A stretch of 64,000 bases of DNA from Podarcis muralis. Taxonomy: Eukaryota. The notes under the pieces are model-generated. The model had not been told where the DNA came from. It was given only the letters and a program-made list of their open reading frames with translations, and made no database searches. Both the position numbers and the translations under genes were made by a program. The stretch is taken from contig NC_135669.1 of the NCBI RefSeq assembly GCF_964188315.1, positions 42,408,001 to 42,472,000 of the forward strand, given 5' to 3'. Of the stretch, positions 23,495 to 34,925 are shown one piece after another. Each line of letters starts with the position of its first letter. Position 1 is the first letter of the stretch.

Positions 23495-23633
23495 TTCAGG
23501 ATGCTTTAGGGAAGCCCACAATGTGCTGCTGGTATTCAAAGGTAGACTGCTCCTGCACTTGAAGGTATCATGGGCCACTCACGACAAATAACCACCCAAT
23601 TGATTTCCATTAATTTATCTCATCCTCTTTCAC

Positions 23634-23780
23634 CTGTGGCCCGGCACTGGCGCTCTCCACCTGAGCCCGGGTTTCCCTGGCGCAGCTTGCGACCACGGTG
23701 GGTCCCTGCTCCATCTCTTGCAGCAGGATGGTTTTCACCGATGAAGTGCCCAAGTCGATCCCCAGGACGCAGGCCGCCAT
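23634..23780 (-). CDS. SHPK: SHPK coding exon 1, sedoheptulokinase (MAACVLGIDLGTSSVK...AGPQ)
   Basis: FGGY-kinase LGIDLGTSSVK motif; strong Kozak gccATGG; donor cag|gtgaaa; acceptor upstream at 23847 implies a non-coding first exon. Confidence 0.95.
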
Positions 23781-24226
23781 GGCAGGATTCAAACCCTTGT
23801 CTTGAATTTTGGGAGGCATCTTCCTTATACAAAACCACCTGGGTCACTGAAGGGAAGGAAAGGGATGGTTTTGATGCTGTACAAGAGTGAAAAGTAGCTA
23901 TAATCTATGACCTGACATTGAGTAAGCCCAACTGATCAACGCAGCTTACTCCTGAGTAAACTTTTATTGAATGGTGCCATCAGCTATGCTATTTCTATTT
24001 AATTACTGCACAGTAACAAACCTGTATCCTACCTTGCCTGCGCGAGAGGCAGCTTACAACGAAGCTAATAAAAGAATGTAAGAACAAAACTAATTAAAAT
24101 ACAATTTAGAGGGAGGGAGGAAAACAGGTAGGTAAATCAATGCAAAGGAGGCTAAACGCTTGTCGCTGCTAACAACCCCTCCAACGTCAAAATGGGAGCA
24201 GAGTTAAGACGATGGAGCTAAAATAC

Positions 24227-24912
24227 TGTGATAGGAATTTTATGGTCTTAGATATATGGTAATGTTCATAACTGCACATACATAGATCAACACAGGAAGG
24301 CCAACCTGGAACCATTTTGATTCCTAAACTGACCAAATCCTTTCTCTGCAAGGTTAAACTGGAAAAGCCTCCCCATTGTCTCTTTCCTCACAAATCCTGT
24401 CTCAAGGATATGTCTGTTTGAATAAGGTGTGAGGCTGTGACCTGGCCCAGGAAATAAATATTTTACCACTACAAAAGAATGGCCAGGCTCCCCGGGAAAT
24501 CCAATCAAGTAACTTGCCAGACAGGAGATAAACTGTGACAAGAGAAAAACAACATTTAAATTTCTGTGATGTAGGTGGGATGTATCTGAGGGGTGGTCTT
24601 AGATTACACCCCTTCTGTGATGTATGCATAATGTTTCTGGGGGTGGTCTTGATCTAGATAATGGGAATTTCAAAAGTCTTTATAAGCTCTTGCACACCAT
24701 CTTTCTGGGTCCTCCTCCTCTCCTGCGTGTGAGGGGAGCACCCTGTTGCAACAGATCAATAAAGATCAAGCTTACTAGCTGCTTTGCTTCTCAATATTCT
24801 CTGGTTGGCCTCTGTTATTTTCTCCTACCAATAGGGAACCTATGTAAGGACTCTATATGGGCTCTTGGGTACCCCATAAAGGAAAAGGGTATATATATTT
24901 TTATTTACAACA
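24227..24912 (+). repeat. 5' LTR (686 bp)
   Basis: tgtgata...acaaca; TATA-like tataag at 24681; AATAAA at 24758; identical by eye to 30233-30918 (ORF translations identical at offset 6006). Confidence 0.93.
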
Positions 24913-24914
24913 GA

Positions 24915-24936
24915 TGGCGACCACGCACGAAGGGAC
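24915..24936 (+). other. Primer-binding site, tRNA-Arg(UCG)-like, with a CACG duplication
   Basis: TGGCGAC-CACG-CACG-AAGGGAC, 2 nt after the LTR. The recalled vertebrate tRNA-Arg-TCG 3' complement is TGGCGACCACGAAGGGAC. Confidence 0.75.
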
Positions 24937-25635
24937 TTTTGGTTACCCAGATTCTGGAAGCGAGGAAGGACTGGTTATCCAGCGCGCACCAGGCAGTTTG
25001 CCAGGAGGAATAACCAGTCTTCCATCGATCCCAGGGTCTGGAAATAACTGGAGGTTCAGCGGGGCTAACCAGAGGAAGCAACGCTTGATCAGGCCGGCCT
25101 TAAACAACCAGTCAAGAGATCCCGGGATCACCAGGACAGCGCTTGCGAAGTGAGTATGAGTAGGAAAAACGGGTAGTGGGGTGGGATTCTGAAAACCACA
25201 GCAAACCTATACTTCTCAAATCCTTACTTCTTTCCTCACTTTAACTCTTGAAAAATTGCCTTCTCCTCCTTTCTGTCCTCTTGATCTCAACACCAGCCCT
25301 AGCCCTTCGGAGTATGCCCAGGCACAAGGTTGTGTGTGATTTCTTCCACTTAATTCTATATGCCAACCTATTCCTTCGGAGTTTTGCCCAGAAAGGTTGT
25401 GCAATTTCTTCTGCACTGAAAACTATAACTCCCAGCGCAGCCGCACCTCTGCCATGGCGATCTTTGTTAGAAATGACCTGTGAACAGAGAACGCAAGGGC
25501 GCTGAATTCCTTTCCATCTTTCATATTCCAGAGTCTCAATCTGGCATTGCAAGTGTGCAAGCGTTCAGTAGGGACTCTGAGTTAGATTGTAAGAGGCAGG
25601 GAGGTTGCTGTGGGTTGTAGAATAGAGATTAAGTG

Positions 25636-26110
25636 AGGTATCCCCAGGTTTTTCCCCTCGGAGATTTGTCCAGGTGTCCCCAGGTTTTTCCCCTTCGGAG
25701 ATTTGTCCAGGTGTCCCCAGGTTTTTCCCCTTCGGAGATTTGTCCAGGTATCCCCAGGTTTTTCCCCTCGGAGATTTGTCCAGGTGTCCCCAGGTTTTTC
25801 CCCTCGGAGATTTGTCCAGGTATCCCCAGGTTTTTTCCCTCGGAGATTTGTCCAGGTATCCCCAGGTTTTTCCCCTCGGAGATTTGTCCAGGTGTCCCCA
25901 GGTTTTTCCCCTCGGAGATTTGTCCAGGTATCCCCAGGTTTTTTCCCTCGGAGATTTGTCCAGGTATCCCCAGGTTTTTCCCCTCGGAGATTTGTCCAGG
26001 TATCCCCAGGTTTTTCCCCTCGGAGATTTGTCCAGGTATCCCCAGGTTTTTCCCCTCGGAGATTTGTCCAGGTATCCCCAGGTTTTCCCCCCTCGGAGTT
26101 TTGTCCAGAT
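25636..26110 (+). repeat. 36-bp minisatellite (about 13 units) in the LTR-element leader
   Basis: Unit GGAGATTTGTCCAGGT(A/G)TCCCCAGGTTTTTCCCCTC; gives 12-aa periodic ORFs. Confidence 0.95.
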
Positions 26111-29100
26111 TTCCCCTTTTCCGGACCCTTCGGAGTTTTGCCCAGGTCCAAACCCCTTTTAATTGAAAATGGGTGCACCTCAATCAAAAGAAAAATAGTC
26201 CTCAGACCCCTGGCGTGAAAGAAGCCCAATTGGTGCTTACTTCCCGCCTGGACTCTGACAGAAACATTTTTCCTGTGTTTAAATTGTACTTAGGTAACAT
26301 CCAGCAGCTGCTTATCTTAAATGTCCCATCTAAAATAAAAATGCAAGCTTGCTCCTCTTAAAACCAGACAAAATGGAGAATGAAGTGTGCAAATGTTTGT
26401 TATTTGAGAGAGGCTCTAAAAGAGAGTTTTCCTCCCAAGTGGTAAAATCCTGTATACGTGCTACTTGTGTTCTGAAAGAAGGATTACCCCACCTCCTTCC
26501 TCTAGATTAAGTGAGGAGGGTGATTGTAAGTCTATCTAATGGTAAATGATGTTTTGTAACTTTTGAGTTTGTGAGTACACCTGTGTTCCAGTCTATTTTG
26601 GAATGTGAAGTTAACCTAATGTTTCTGCTGCAAAAGCCTAGTTGAGCCAACTGCTCTCTCAAGCTAAAATGCAGTGTATGTATTTCATTAAGCATATGCC
26701 TATGAAGGTATGGTGTTCTTTCTAAGAAAAATTGATATTAAATGTAGAGTCTTCCATGGCCAGCAAAATTCTATGAGTCCAGTCCAGATATCAGTCTCTA
26801 TAAGACTTCCTGGCCTCTTTTCTTAGAAAATGCCCCCTTGTTTCATTCTGTCTCTTTCAGGTTTTTTTCTTCTTTTCTTCTCCTTCTTTCTTCTGTGCCA
26901 GGTAAATTTACTCCCGAGTAAGCTTCCTTTAAAGGAAACTGCAAAAGGGGGGGGGCATAGATTAGGCTTACTATTCCTCTGCAAGTTCAGGAAAATTTGT
27001 TCACTTTTGTATTCCTTTTAAATCAAATCTATGGCTGTTTTAATTATTTGTGAGTGGTTATATCAATTGAATTAACTTTGCTTTATAAGGGATCCTCTCC
27101 CTATCTTAGGAAAAATGTTCACTTCAATCTTCCTTTAAAGATACTTTCTCTAGGAACTTGCACTCATTAGTCTAAGGAAGTAAACTCTCACTCAAACTAG
27201 CTTCAAGATCTGCTAAAAGGGTTCTGTATAAGTTGGGTACTTTTATTTTCCTCTTCATTAGTACATGATATGCGCATGGCTTGTGATAGGTGCATGGCTT
27301 GTGGTCTCTTCCCCAGTTGTGTCTGTGTACATAAGAATGTGTGTGTTTCTGGTTGTACAAATCTTGCTATGAACCCTGTATTTTGGGGTTGGACTAGATG
27401 ACCCCAGGTCCCTTTCAACTTTCCCAATTTGTGGCTGATGAGTTGAAATTCAGCCCAGATTTGCTCTTTGTTTTTAAAGGTGAGAGGTGAAAGCTGTGAT
27501 GTTTTGAAGCAGAACTGGTGATATCAGGCATTTGAGTGATTACAGTGTTTTTCATTTTGTCTATTATTTTGAATACTTGAATTGCTGAGTTTCTCTTTTT
27601 TGTTTTAAAAATCTAACCCTATTTTAAAAAACTACTCCTTACCCTTCCCTTCCCTTATTCAAATTCTAATTTAGCCAAAAGATGCAACATTTTCAATAGT
27701 ATAAAAGGTTTGCTGAGACATGAACTCTGCACATGCACAGAGGCTAGATCAGCTTACAAAGAGAGAAAGGAGGGGGGAGAGAGGAGGTTTGGAGAGCGTG
27801 CGCTGCAAGGAGACCATCAAAAGTCAAGAGGTTGCCAAGTTTCAAATCTTAACATGCCAAATTCTTTTCACAGGTAAATATCAAAGCACTCCTACTGTGA
27901 GTTCCTCTCTTGAGTAGTTTGCCTCCCCAATGGGATTTAAATTTTATAACAATTTTTTTTTGTTTGTGTATATGCCTATGCATTTTAGGAACAGCATTTC
28001 CTGACAGACTTCTCACATGAAATAATTTTCCCTTTTAACAGGATATGTGAACCCCATTAACAAAGTGTTTGTCCCTTCTTTTCTCCCACAGCACAAATGA
28101 TAATGAGGGGATGCAAACAGTGATTTAAATACTCTATAAAAAGTAATTGCATTTGTATTTCTTCTTGTCTTTCTTCCCTTAAAGCCAAACAGTCACTTTC
28201 TTTCTGTTCAGCAAAACAAGTCTGAATCCCTGCTATATTAGTTGATTTCCCTCTATCTCTTTGTGGTTTTGACACTTTTTTAGGTTACAAATAATCTGTT
28301 TTTCATTTATTAATCAGTTTTTCATTGGGTTGTTAGAATGGCAAAACAGGTTACTTCAGGTTTAATATATATATATTGTGTGTCTTAGCATTTATTTATT
28401 TTTGGTTCCTCATAGGTCATTGTGTGCATGTGCGTGTGCGTGTTACTTTTGGGACATGTCCATCACATGTTGAAAGTCATTTTTATCAAGTTCTACTTAT
28501 CAGACAGCACATGCTGAATTTTAAGCCTTTTTCCATTGTTTTCCCATTTTTTTTAGTCCAGTAGTAATCTGTGGTTTTGATAATATCTTTGTATTTAATA
28601 ATAATTCTTTTCTGAATCTGATGTCTTTGTGTCAAGTCCATTTTCATCTGAATGGTAATCTAATTTTTTGCTTTCTTTTTATTTTTTAAACTTTCTTGTA
28701 TTTTTTTTTTTTACAGTTCTCTTTCTCTACACGTGGAGTAATTTTTAATGTAATAATATGGGGGGGAAACAACAAAAACTAAGTGAAGGAAAGCAAACAA
28801 ACTTAGCAGATAATAACAGTAATTATATGAAAATGTGATAATAATATTAAAATGAGTAAAATGCTTAACATGCTAAGATTTTATTATTTGCAGCTAATAA
28901 CTCAAGGAGATTTTCTTGGGGAGGGGGCTTTTGCCCCTTCTTTTCTAACTTCTACAGATGTGCTACTACAGATCCGATGAAAAGCTTCGCCACCACAAGA
29001 CTATTACCTGCAGCAGCAACAACAGACGCCAAAGTTCTCAAAGTGGCCACAGCAATTTCTTTCAAAGGGGAAGTGGGGCTGACAAAGGGGGGAGGAGTTG

Positions 29101-30219
29101 AATTGCAAGGACATTTTCTCACTTTTGAAACTCAAGCCTCTGTGCTCCAGGATTCAAAAGATACATGCGTAAAAGATCACAATTGTGTCAAGATATGCAA
29201 CTGATATTTAATTAGTTTGTTTTGTATTATGTGTTATTATGTAGGAATGTTGAAATGTGTCTGACAGTGTGATTTCCACAAAGGGGGGGGGGCTATTTTT
29301 GTGTGTAATTGGTTTTATGTTTAATGTCTTATTCCTTACACCCCAGTGGAGGATTCTCATACATTTTATACTTTCTAATAGCTCACACTATTGTGTCGTC
29401 CAATGTTTAGATCAATTTATAACCACATTTCATTGTTCCACCTGGCACTATGCCAACCTTCCCTACCCATTTTAAAAAAATGTGCCAAAACTTGCTTTAC
29501 GAAGGAGAAGCTTCTAAGAAACATGAAGGTGGATATGCTTTGGTTTAGCAGGAATGATCCCCTATAGAGTTAAATTAACTAATTTGGACAAGTGCCCTTT
29601 TAAGAATGGTTGTTTTAACAGATTGGTTTGGAAAGTTGAGAACCATGGGCATATATAAATTATAATTGGACTCAGTTTGAATTGGGCAAGTGTATCCAGG
29701 CTGCAATTAGCTTTTTGGTCCTTTAAGTGCAAGTGAGCAACTTCCCATGAGTGCAAGACCACAGCCTATAATAAAATCCCATAGAAAGGCCAAGGCCAAG
29801 GCATCTCCCTCACGAGATGTCCAAACCTGTGCCAGCTATGGTGAATGCCAGGCGACATGGTTAAATGAAAGCCCCGAGGGGATTCAACAGACAGGATGTG
29901 TTGCTGTAGCACTATGTCAGTGTGAGACCACAGAAGAGCTAGCTTGACACCTGAGAAACACACAAAAATGGCGAAGGACAAAACACCAACTGCATTTTTC
30001 AGTCATTAGTGGACCTTCCTGCTAGGTGTAAAGCATAGAACACTATTGAGTAAATAGTCTCTCCCAAAGTGTTAGAATGTCACAAGTAATTTAGTAGCAA
30101 AATGCAACATGTGTTATTTTTATATGATATATTTATACAAAGACATCCAAAGACATCCATTTACAACATACGATGTTATTATTTGTGGGGCAAAAATTTT
30201 TAAGAAAAATTCTAGCCCC

Positions 30220-30232
30220 AAAGGGGGGATAA
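30220..30232 (+). other. Polypurine tract
   Basis: aaaggggggataa immediately before the 3' LTR. Confidence 0.75.
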
Positions 30233-30918
30233 TGTGATAGGAATTTTATGGTCTTAGATATATGGTAATGTTCATAACTGCACATACATAGATCAACACA
30301 GGAAGGCCAACCTGGAACCATTTTGATTCCTAAACTGACCAAATCCTTTCTCTGCAAGGTTAAACTGGAAAAGCCTCCCCATTGTCTCTTTCCTCACAAA
30401 TCCTGTCTCAAGGATATGTCTGTTTGAATAAGGTGTGAGGCTGTGACCTGGCCCAGGAAATAAATATTTTACCACTACAAAAGAATGGCCAGGCTCCCCG
30501 GGAAATCCAATCAAGTAACTTGCCAGACAGGAGATAAACTGTGACAAGAGAAAAACAACATTTAAATTTCTGTGATGTAGGTGGGATGTATCTGAGGGGT
30601 GGTCTTAGATTACACCCCTTCTGTGATGTATGCATAATGTTTCTGGGGGTGGTCTTGATCTAGATAATGGGAATTTCAAAAGTCTTTATAAGCTCTTGCA
30701 CACCATCTTTCTGGGTCCTCCTCCTCTCCTGCGTGTGAGGGGAGCACCCTGTTGCAACAGATCAATAAAGATCAAGCTTACTAGCTGCTTTGCTTCTCAA
30801 TATTCTCTGGTTGGCCTCTGTTATTTTCTCCTACCAATAGGGAACCTATGTAAGGACTCTATATGGGCTCTTGGGTACCCCATAAAGGAAAAGGGTATAT
30901 ATATTTTTATTTACAACA
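30233..30918 (+). repeat. 3' LTR (686 bp)
   Basis: Direct repeat of 24227-24912. Confidence 0.93.
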
Positions 30919-30949
30919 ATACGAAGTAAAAAAGCAGATCACAGGAGCA

Positions 30950-31650
30950 GAATCGGGTTGAAGAAAGTGAACTTTGGACCAATGTCCGAGGGGTCGCGCC
31001 ACACCCAAGATGGCGACCTCAGGACGCGACCGCCATCTTGGGTGTGTCGTTCCCCTTCAGGAGCTCGATGTGGGAAGTACAGTACGACGCACCGAAGGTG
31101 GCGGCCGCCATCTTGGGCGTGTCAGCTGCCTTCTTTCAGACCCGCCTTACTTCCTCACTTCCCCAAGCTTACCTTACTTCACAGGTGTCCTCAAATCACT
31201 ACTTCGCCTGAGAGGGCGGGAAAGAGAAACCCACAAAAAGATTTCACAAGCCGGGAAGGAGAGAGGGGGCGGGGGGAGAGCGGGGACTTTGCCGCACCCA
31301 AGATGGCCGCCGAGGGAGAGAGAGGAAGGCCTGAGGCGCGGCCGGCCATTATATAAGGCCCGTCTCCTTGGTGACGACGTGAAAGGCTTCCGTGGGAGCA
31401 ACGCCGGGGAGGGGAAAGACGGCAGTCGCGGGAACCGCTTGGCAGGAGGAGACGCCGCTCCCCGCCCCGCTGCGGTGAGTTATGGGGCCGTTGTGAGGAT
31501 TGCCAGGCGGCCTTTTAAGTTTATTTCTGACAGGGGGGAATCAGACCGAGGAGGACTTCGACTCCCAGTGTGCATTGCGGTGCGCTGCCGCCGGCATTGG
31601 GAAGCCTCGGGTGCCGCGTTGCATGACGGGGCTTGTAGTCTATAACAGCG
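30950..31650. promoter_or_regulatory. CpG-island bidirectional promoter of SHPK and CTNS, with inferred non-coding first exons
   Basis: CpG-rich; GC box 31265-31276; TATA-like tatataa 31350-31356; four CCCAAGATGGC (YY1-like) motifs; + strand donor g|gtgagt at 31475 (CTNS); - strand donor aag|gtaagc at 31172 (SHPK). Human SHPK and CTNS are head-to-head. Confidence 0.8.
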
Positions 31651-34214
31651 GTGCTTTCCCTTCAGGCGCCCTTTAACTTTTAAAATTGGGGCGCTTTGGT
31701 CTGGGAAGGGGGTCGTGTGTGAGAGAGAAGTGTCTCCCTTTCATTCCTCCCCTCCTCCTCTCAGCCCTCAGCAGCACCCTATGGCCACAGGGGGCATGAC
31801 ACCCCAATCCCCACCCAAGGGTGCCCGCACCATTGAGACCCTTCAAAACTTTATTCCCGCCTCCCCCAAAAAACAGGGATCCAGGGAATGAGACACTGAA
31901 GCAAGGGTCCGAGAGCCCCTCTGAGCACATACAGAGTTCAGTCCAAACGCCCACACCCAGCTCCTGTTTTCAACATCTCGCTTCTAAACCTGCCCTTCCT
32001 TACTTGTATTTTATTTTATTTTATTTTTTATAATTTTTTTATTAGGGTTTTTACAATATTACAAAATAGAAAAAGAAAAAATACAAATAAAAACAGTTAA
32101 AAACAGTCAATCTTTTTATCACTTATTTTTCATTTACTTGTTTCTTGGACCTCCTCATACCTCCCTTTTTTGTATTCCAGTTCTATTTATTAGTTCAGCA
32201 GTTTCTTTCCCTCTTTATTTTACCCTGATCTTGAATCTTAAATTATTATTACCTTGAATTTTTACTTCTAAAAAACCATTTTTTCATATTCTTTTATACC
32301 ATTACAGCTAGAAACCACTTAATTTCAATCCAACATCATTCTAACATTCATTGATTTTACAATATCTCTGTAGATAGTCTTTAAATTTCTTCCAGTCTTC
32401 TTCCACTGACTCTTCTCCCTGGCTTCCTTACTTGTATTTTAAGCCATACTGGCATTTTTTAAATACTCGGGGTGGGGTGGGGAATCTGCATTGAAACAGT
32501 GCAGTCGCTGGACGCTGAGGTGGTTGGCACAGTTGATGGTTTTGATAATGATAAAATGGTGATGATAATAAGTGTTTCTCCTGCTCACTTCCGCTTTTGA
32601 TGCGATTCAAAATTTGGTCAAGCTGTCATTTTTTTATGCTGGAGCTTTTTCATTTATTCTGGTTGCAATATAACTTTGCCCATGAGGGTGGTGGTGTTTT
32701 TAAAGCAAAGGTTAAATAATAATTATGATTATTCCTATTATTGTTATCATTTTCATCCCACCCATCTGGCTGGGTTTCCCCAGCCACTCTTGAGTGGCTG
32801 GGCTGTCCGTATTGGAATATGTCTCCTCTTATAAGTAAGCCCCATTGAGTTCAGCAGGGTAAGAGGGTATGGGATTTCCACCTCAATTTAATGGGAGCAT
32901 ATGATTTTGTACAAATGCACAATCATGACTGTTTGATGATGCAAGAGTCCGCATTAAGTGTCTGTATTGCTTCATTTTATTGTCCTTCAATTTGGGATGT
33001 TGTAAAACTTAAATATCTCTTGAGAAAAAGAGTTTTTATCCTCCTTTTTTATCCTGCCCTTTCTCCAAGGAGCTCAAGGTGGCAGGAATGTTATCATCAT
33101 CATCTCCCAACCCGGGATTCAGTCACATGCTGGAGGGTTGAGAAATTATAGTTGATTAGGAGGTATTGCACAACAAGCCCATTTCACTTCAAAATCAGGA
33201 CTTTCCTGCGACAAGGATGGGGAAATGCGCTGGTGTAGGCATGGGGTAATGATTGCTTGATGCGACACAAACAATTCGTAACTAATGCTCTATAAGCAGG
33301 TCATCGGAAGCCACTGTGTAGCCTTATGAGGCTTTGCCCTCGGGTGGGGAAAATATTGCGCCCGGGAAAGGGAGATGGGAGTCAACAGACACTCAAGGAA
33401 TAGTTTCGGAGAAAAAGCTTTATTTCTACCATCCATGAATTGGTAGAAGGAGCAAGTGTGATAACTCACAAAAACATGCGCCAGTTCACAGTCATTTGCA
33501 CAGAGTATATATTCCCCTTCCAATTCCCTCCCCTTTCTCCTCCCTCAGGAGTCCTGCCCCATGAGTTCCTCTGAGCATGAACAGAAAGCTGTCTTGGGAC
33601 TCTTGGACTCTTGGCACCCTTCCCAGGAAAGGGGAGTGAGAGCCAAGGGGTCGAGGAGCCCTGGTGGTTCAGCATGTCCAAAATGTTGCAACCGAATGAG
33701 ATAAGATTCAGTTCTCATTCATTCAGAGTCTATTCATTAGCTTTTTGAAGCCTTCTTGTGCTGATAAAAGTAACGTTTTTTCCTATGTACCAGCATCTTG
33801 TGAGAATCCACAGAAAATCTGTAGCTGTGGATTTTTAGAAGACAAAGGGAATTTTGGACAGTTTTGAGGCCTGGTGTGATTATTGAGTGGGGGGGTGACT
33901 TCGGGCCTAGGTGGGGTCACCTGTCCTCACCTTCCTTCAACTGTACACTTTTACCTTCTCAACAACCCTGCGAGGTAGACTGCTGAAAGACGGCGATTAG
34001 CTCCTCGATTAAGCTTTGCACCTGAGCTGGCATTTGAACCAAGGCCTACCTACTTTTAAGACTCATGCCTACCCCTAGACTAACATAATTTTTTCTATTT
34101 ATTTTTTTAAAAAGCTTAGTTTTGTCTTGGGACATCAGCCCTCACTCCCTGCCTCTCTAACCAGGACTTCCTCTTTTAACTTGCCGTTTTGCAGCTGCCA
34201 GCTGTTAGGAAAAA

Positions 34215-34278
34215 ATGGTGCACAGAATCGGCCTCTTCCTTCTGCTGGGCCTGTCTCTCGTGTCCTTGGGAGCCTGTG
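34215..34278 (+). CDS. CTNS: CTNS first coding exon, cystinosin signal peptide (MVHRIGLFLLLGLSLVSLGAC)
   Basis: Hydrophobic signal peptide; donor g|gtaagt; phase 1 matches the next exon. Confidence 0.88.
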
Positions 34279-34870
34279 GTAAGTCATCCCTCATCCATCA
34301 AAGGACGGAGTTTCACCTCCGGATAGATTCCTTGCCGTTTCAAGCGAGTGTGATCTTGTCATGGGACTCACAAACCAGCAGTGCTTGCTCCAGAGACCAT
34401 CACTTCCTGGGTCTAAGTAGGAATGGCTTTTCCGTGGCTTTAAGGCTGGGGTGGGAAGCCCCCAGTTCAGGGTGCTGATCTGCTCTCTCTCAAAACGCAT
34501 TTTCCTGCCCGCTCCTTACAAGACTCCACCAATTTGGGTGGTAGCTGTAAATAGGTGGGGGGGGGGGATCAAAAGTACTTCCACTGAGTTGGAAAGAGCT
34601 CATTTATCCTGCTGTGGGTGTCTGATGATGCTCATTCTTTGACCCTGCGGCAGGCATACCTTTCCTTGAGACAGGAATATAGTATAATAGTGGTCTCCCT
34701 GTAAATGTTTAAACAATGTCCTTTCAACAGGGGTTGGGGAGTCTTTTTCAGTCTGAGGGCCACGGTTTTTTCTGAGTGGTCTTCTGGGGGCTGCTTGGTA
34801 CAGGCCAAAAGTGAGAATGGAAATTGTGGTTTTGTATTGTGCTCTACTTTCTACACACACACACTCGCAA

Positions 34871-34874
<4 letters not shown>

Positions 34875-34913
<39 letters not shown>

Positions 34914-34925
34914 TCTCTCTCTCTC
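34875..34925. repeat. (GT)n(CT)n compound microsatellite
   Basis: Direct reading. Confidence 0.95.

Larger units (their letters stand above)
24227..30918 (+). mobile_element. Full-length non-autonomous ERV-like LTR element
   Basis: TG...CA LTR pair; 4-bp TSD ATAC (24223-24226 / 30919-30922); PBS after the left LTR; PPT before the right LTR; no gag/pol/env ORF in the track. Confidence 0.92.

Noticed and set aside
24287-25013. Duplicated short ORFs (also 30293-30929)
   Set aside because: Chance ORFs within the LTRs; no domain similarity recognised
25640-26100. NF-kB site array (GGGGAAAAACC in each 36-bp unit)
   Set aside because: Mismatches the GGGRNNYYCC consensus at both pyrimidine positions; too weak to claim
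25636-26110. CRISPR-like 36-bp repeats
   Set aside because: Units are contiguous with no spacers, there are no cas genes, and the context is eukaryotic
25582-26229. 160-215 aa ORFs with 12-aa periodicity
   Set aside because: Translations of the 36-bp tandem repeat in several frames, with no unique coding content
24227-30918. Segmental duplication or assembly artefact explaining the two 686-bp copies
   Set aside because: TG..CA ends, 4-bp TSD, PBS and PPT are all in the positions expected for an LTR element
30958-31645. 132-223 aa ORFs in the SHPK/CTNS promoter
   Set aside because: CpG-island composition; no recognisable protein family
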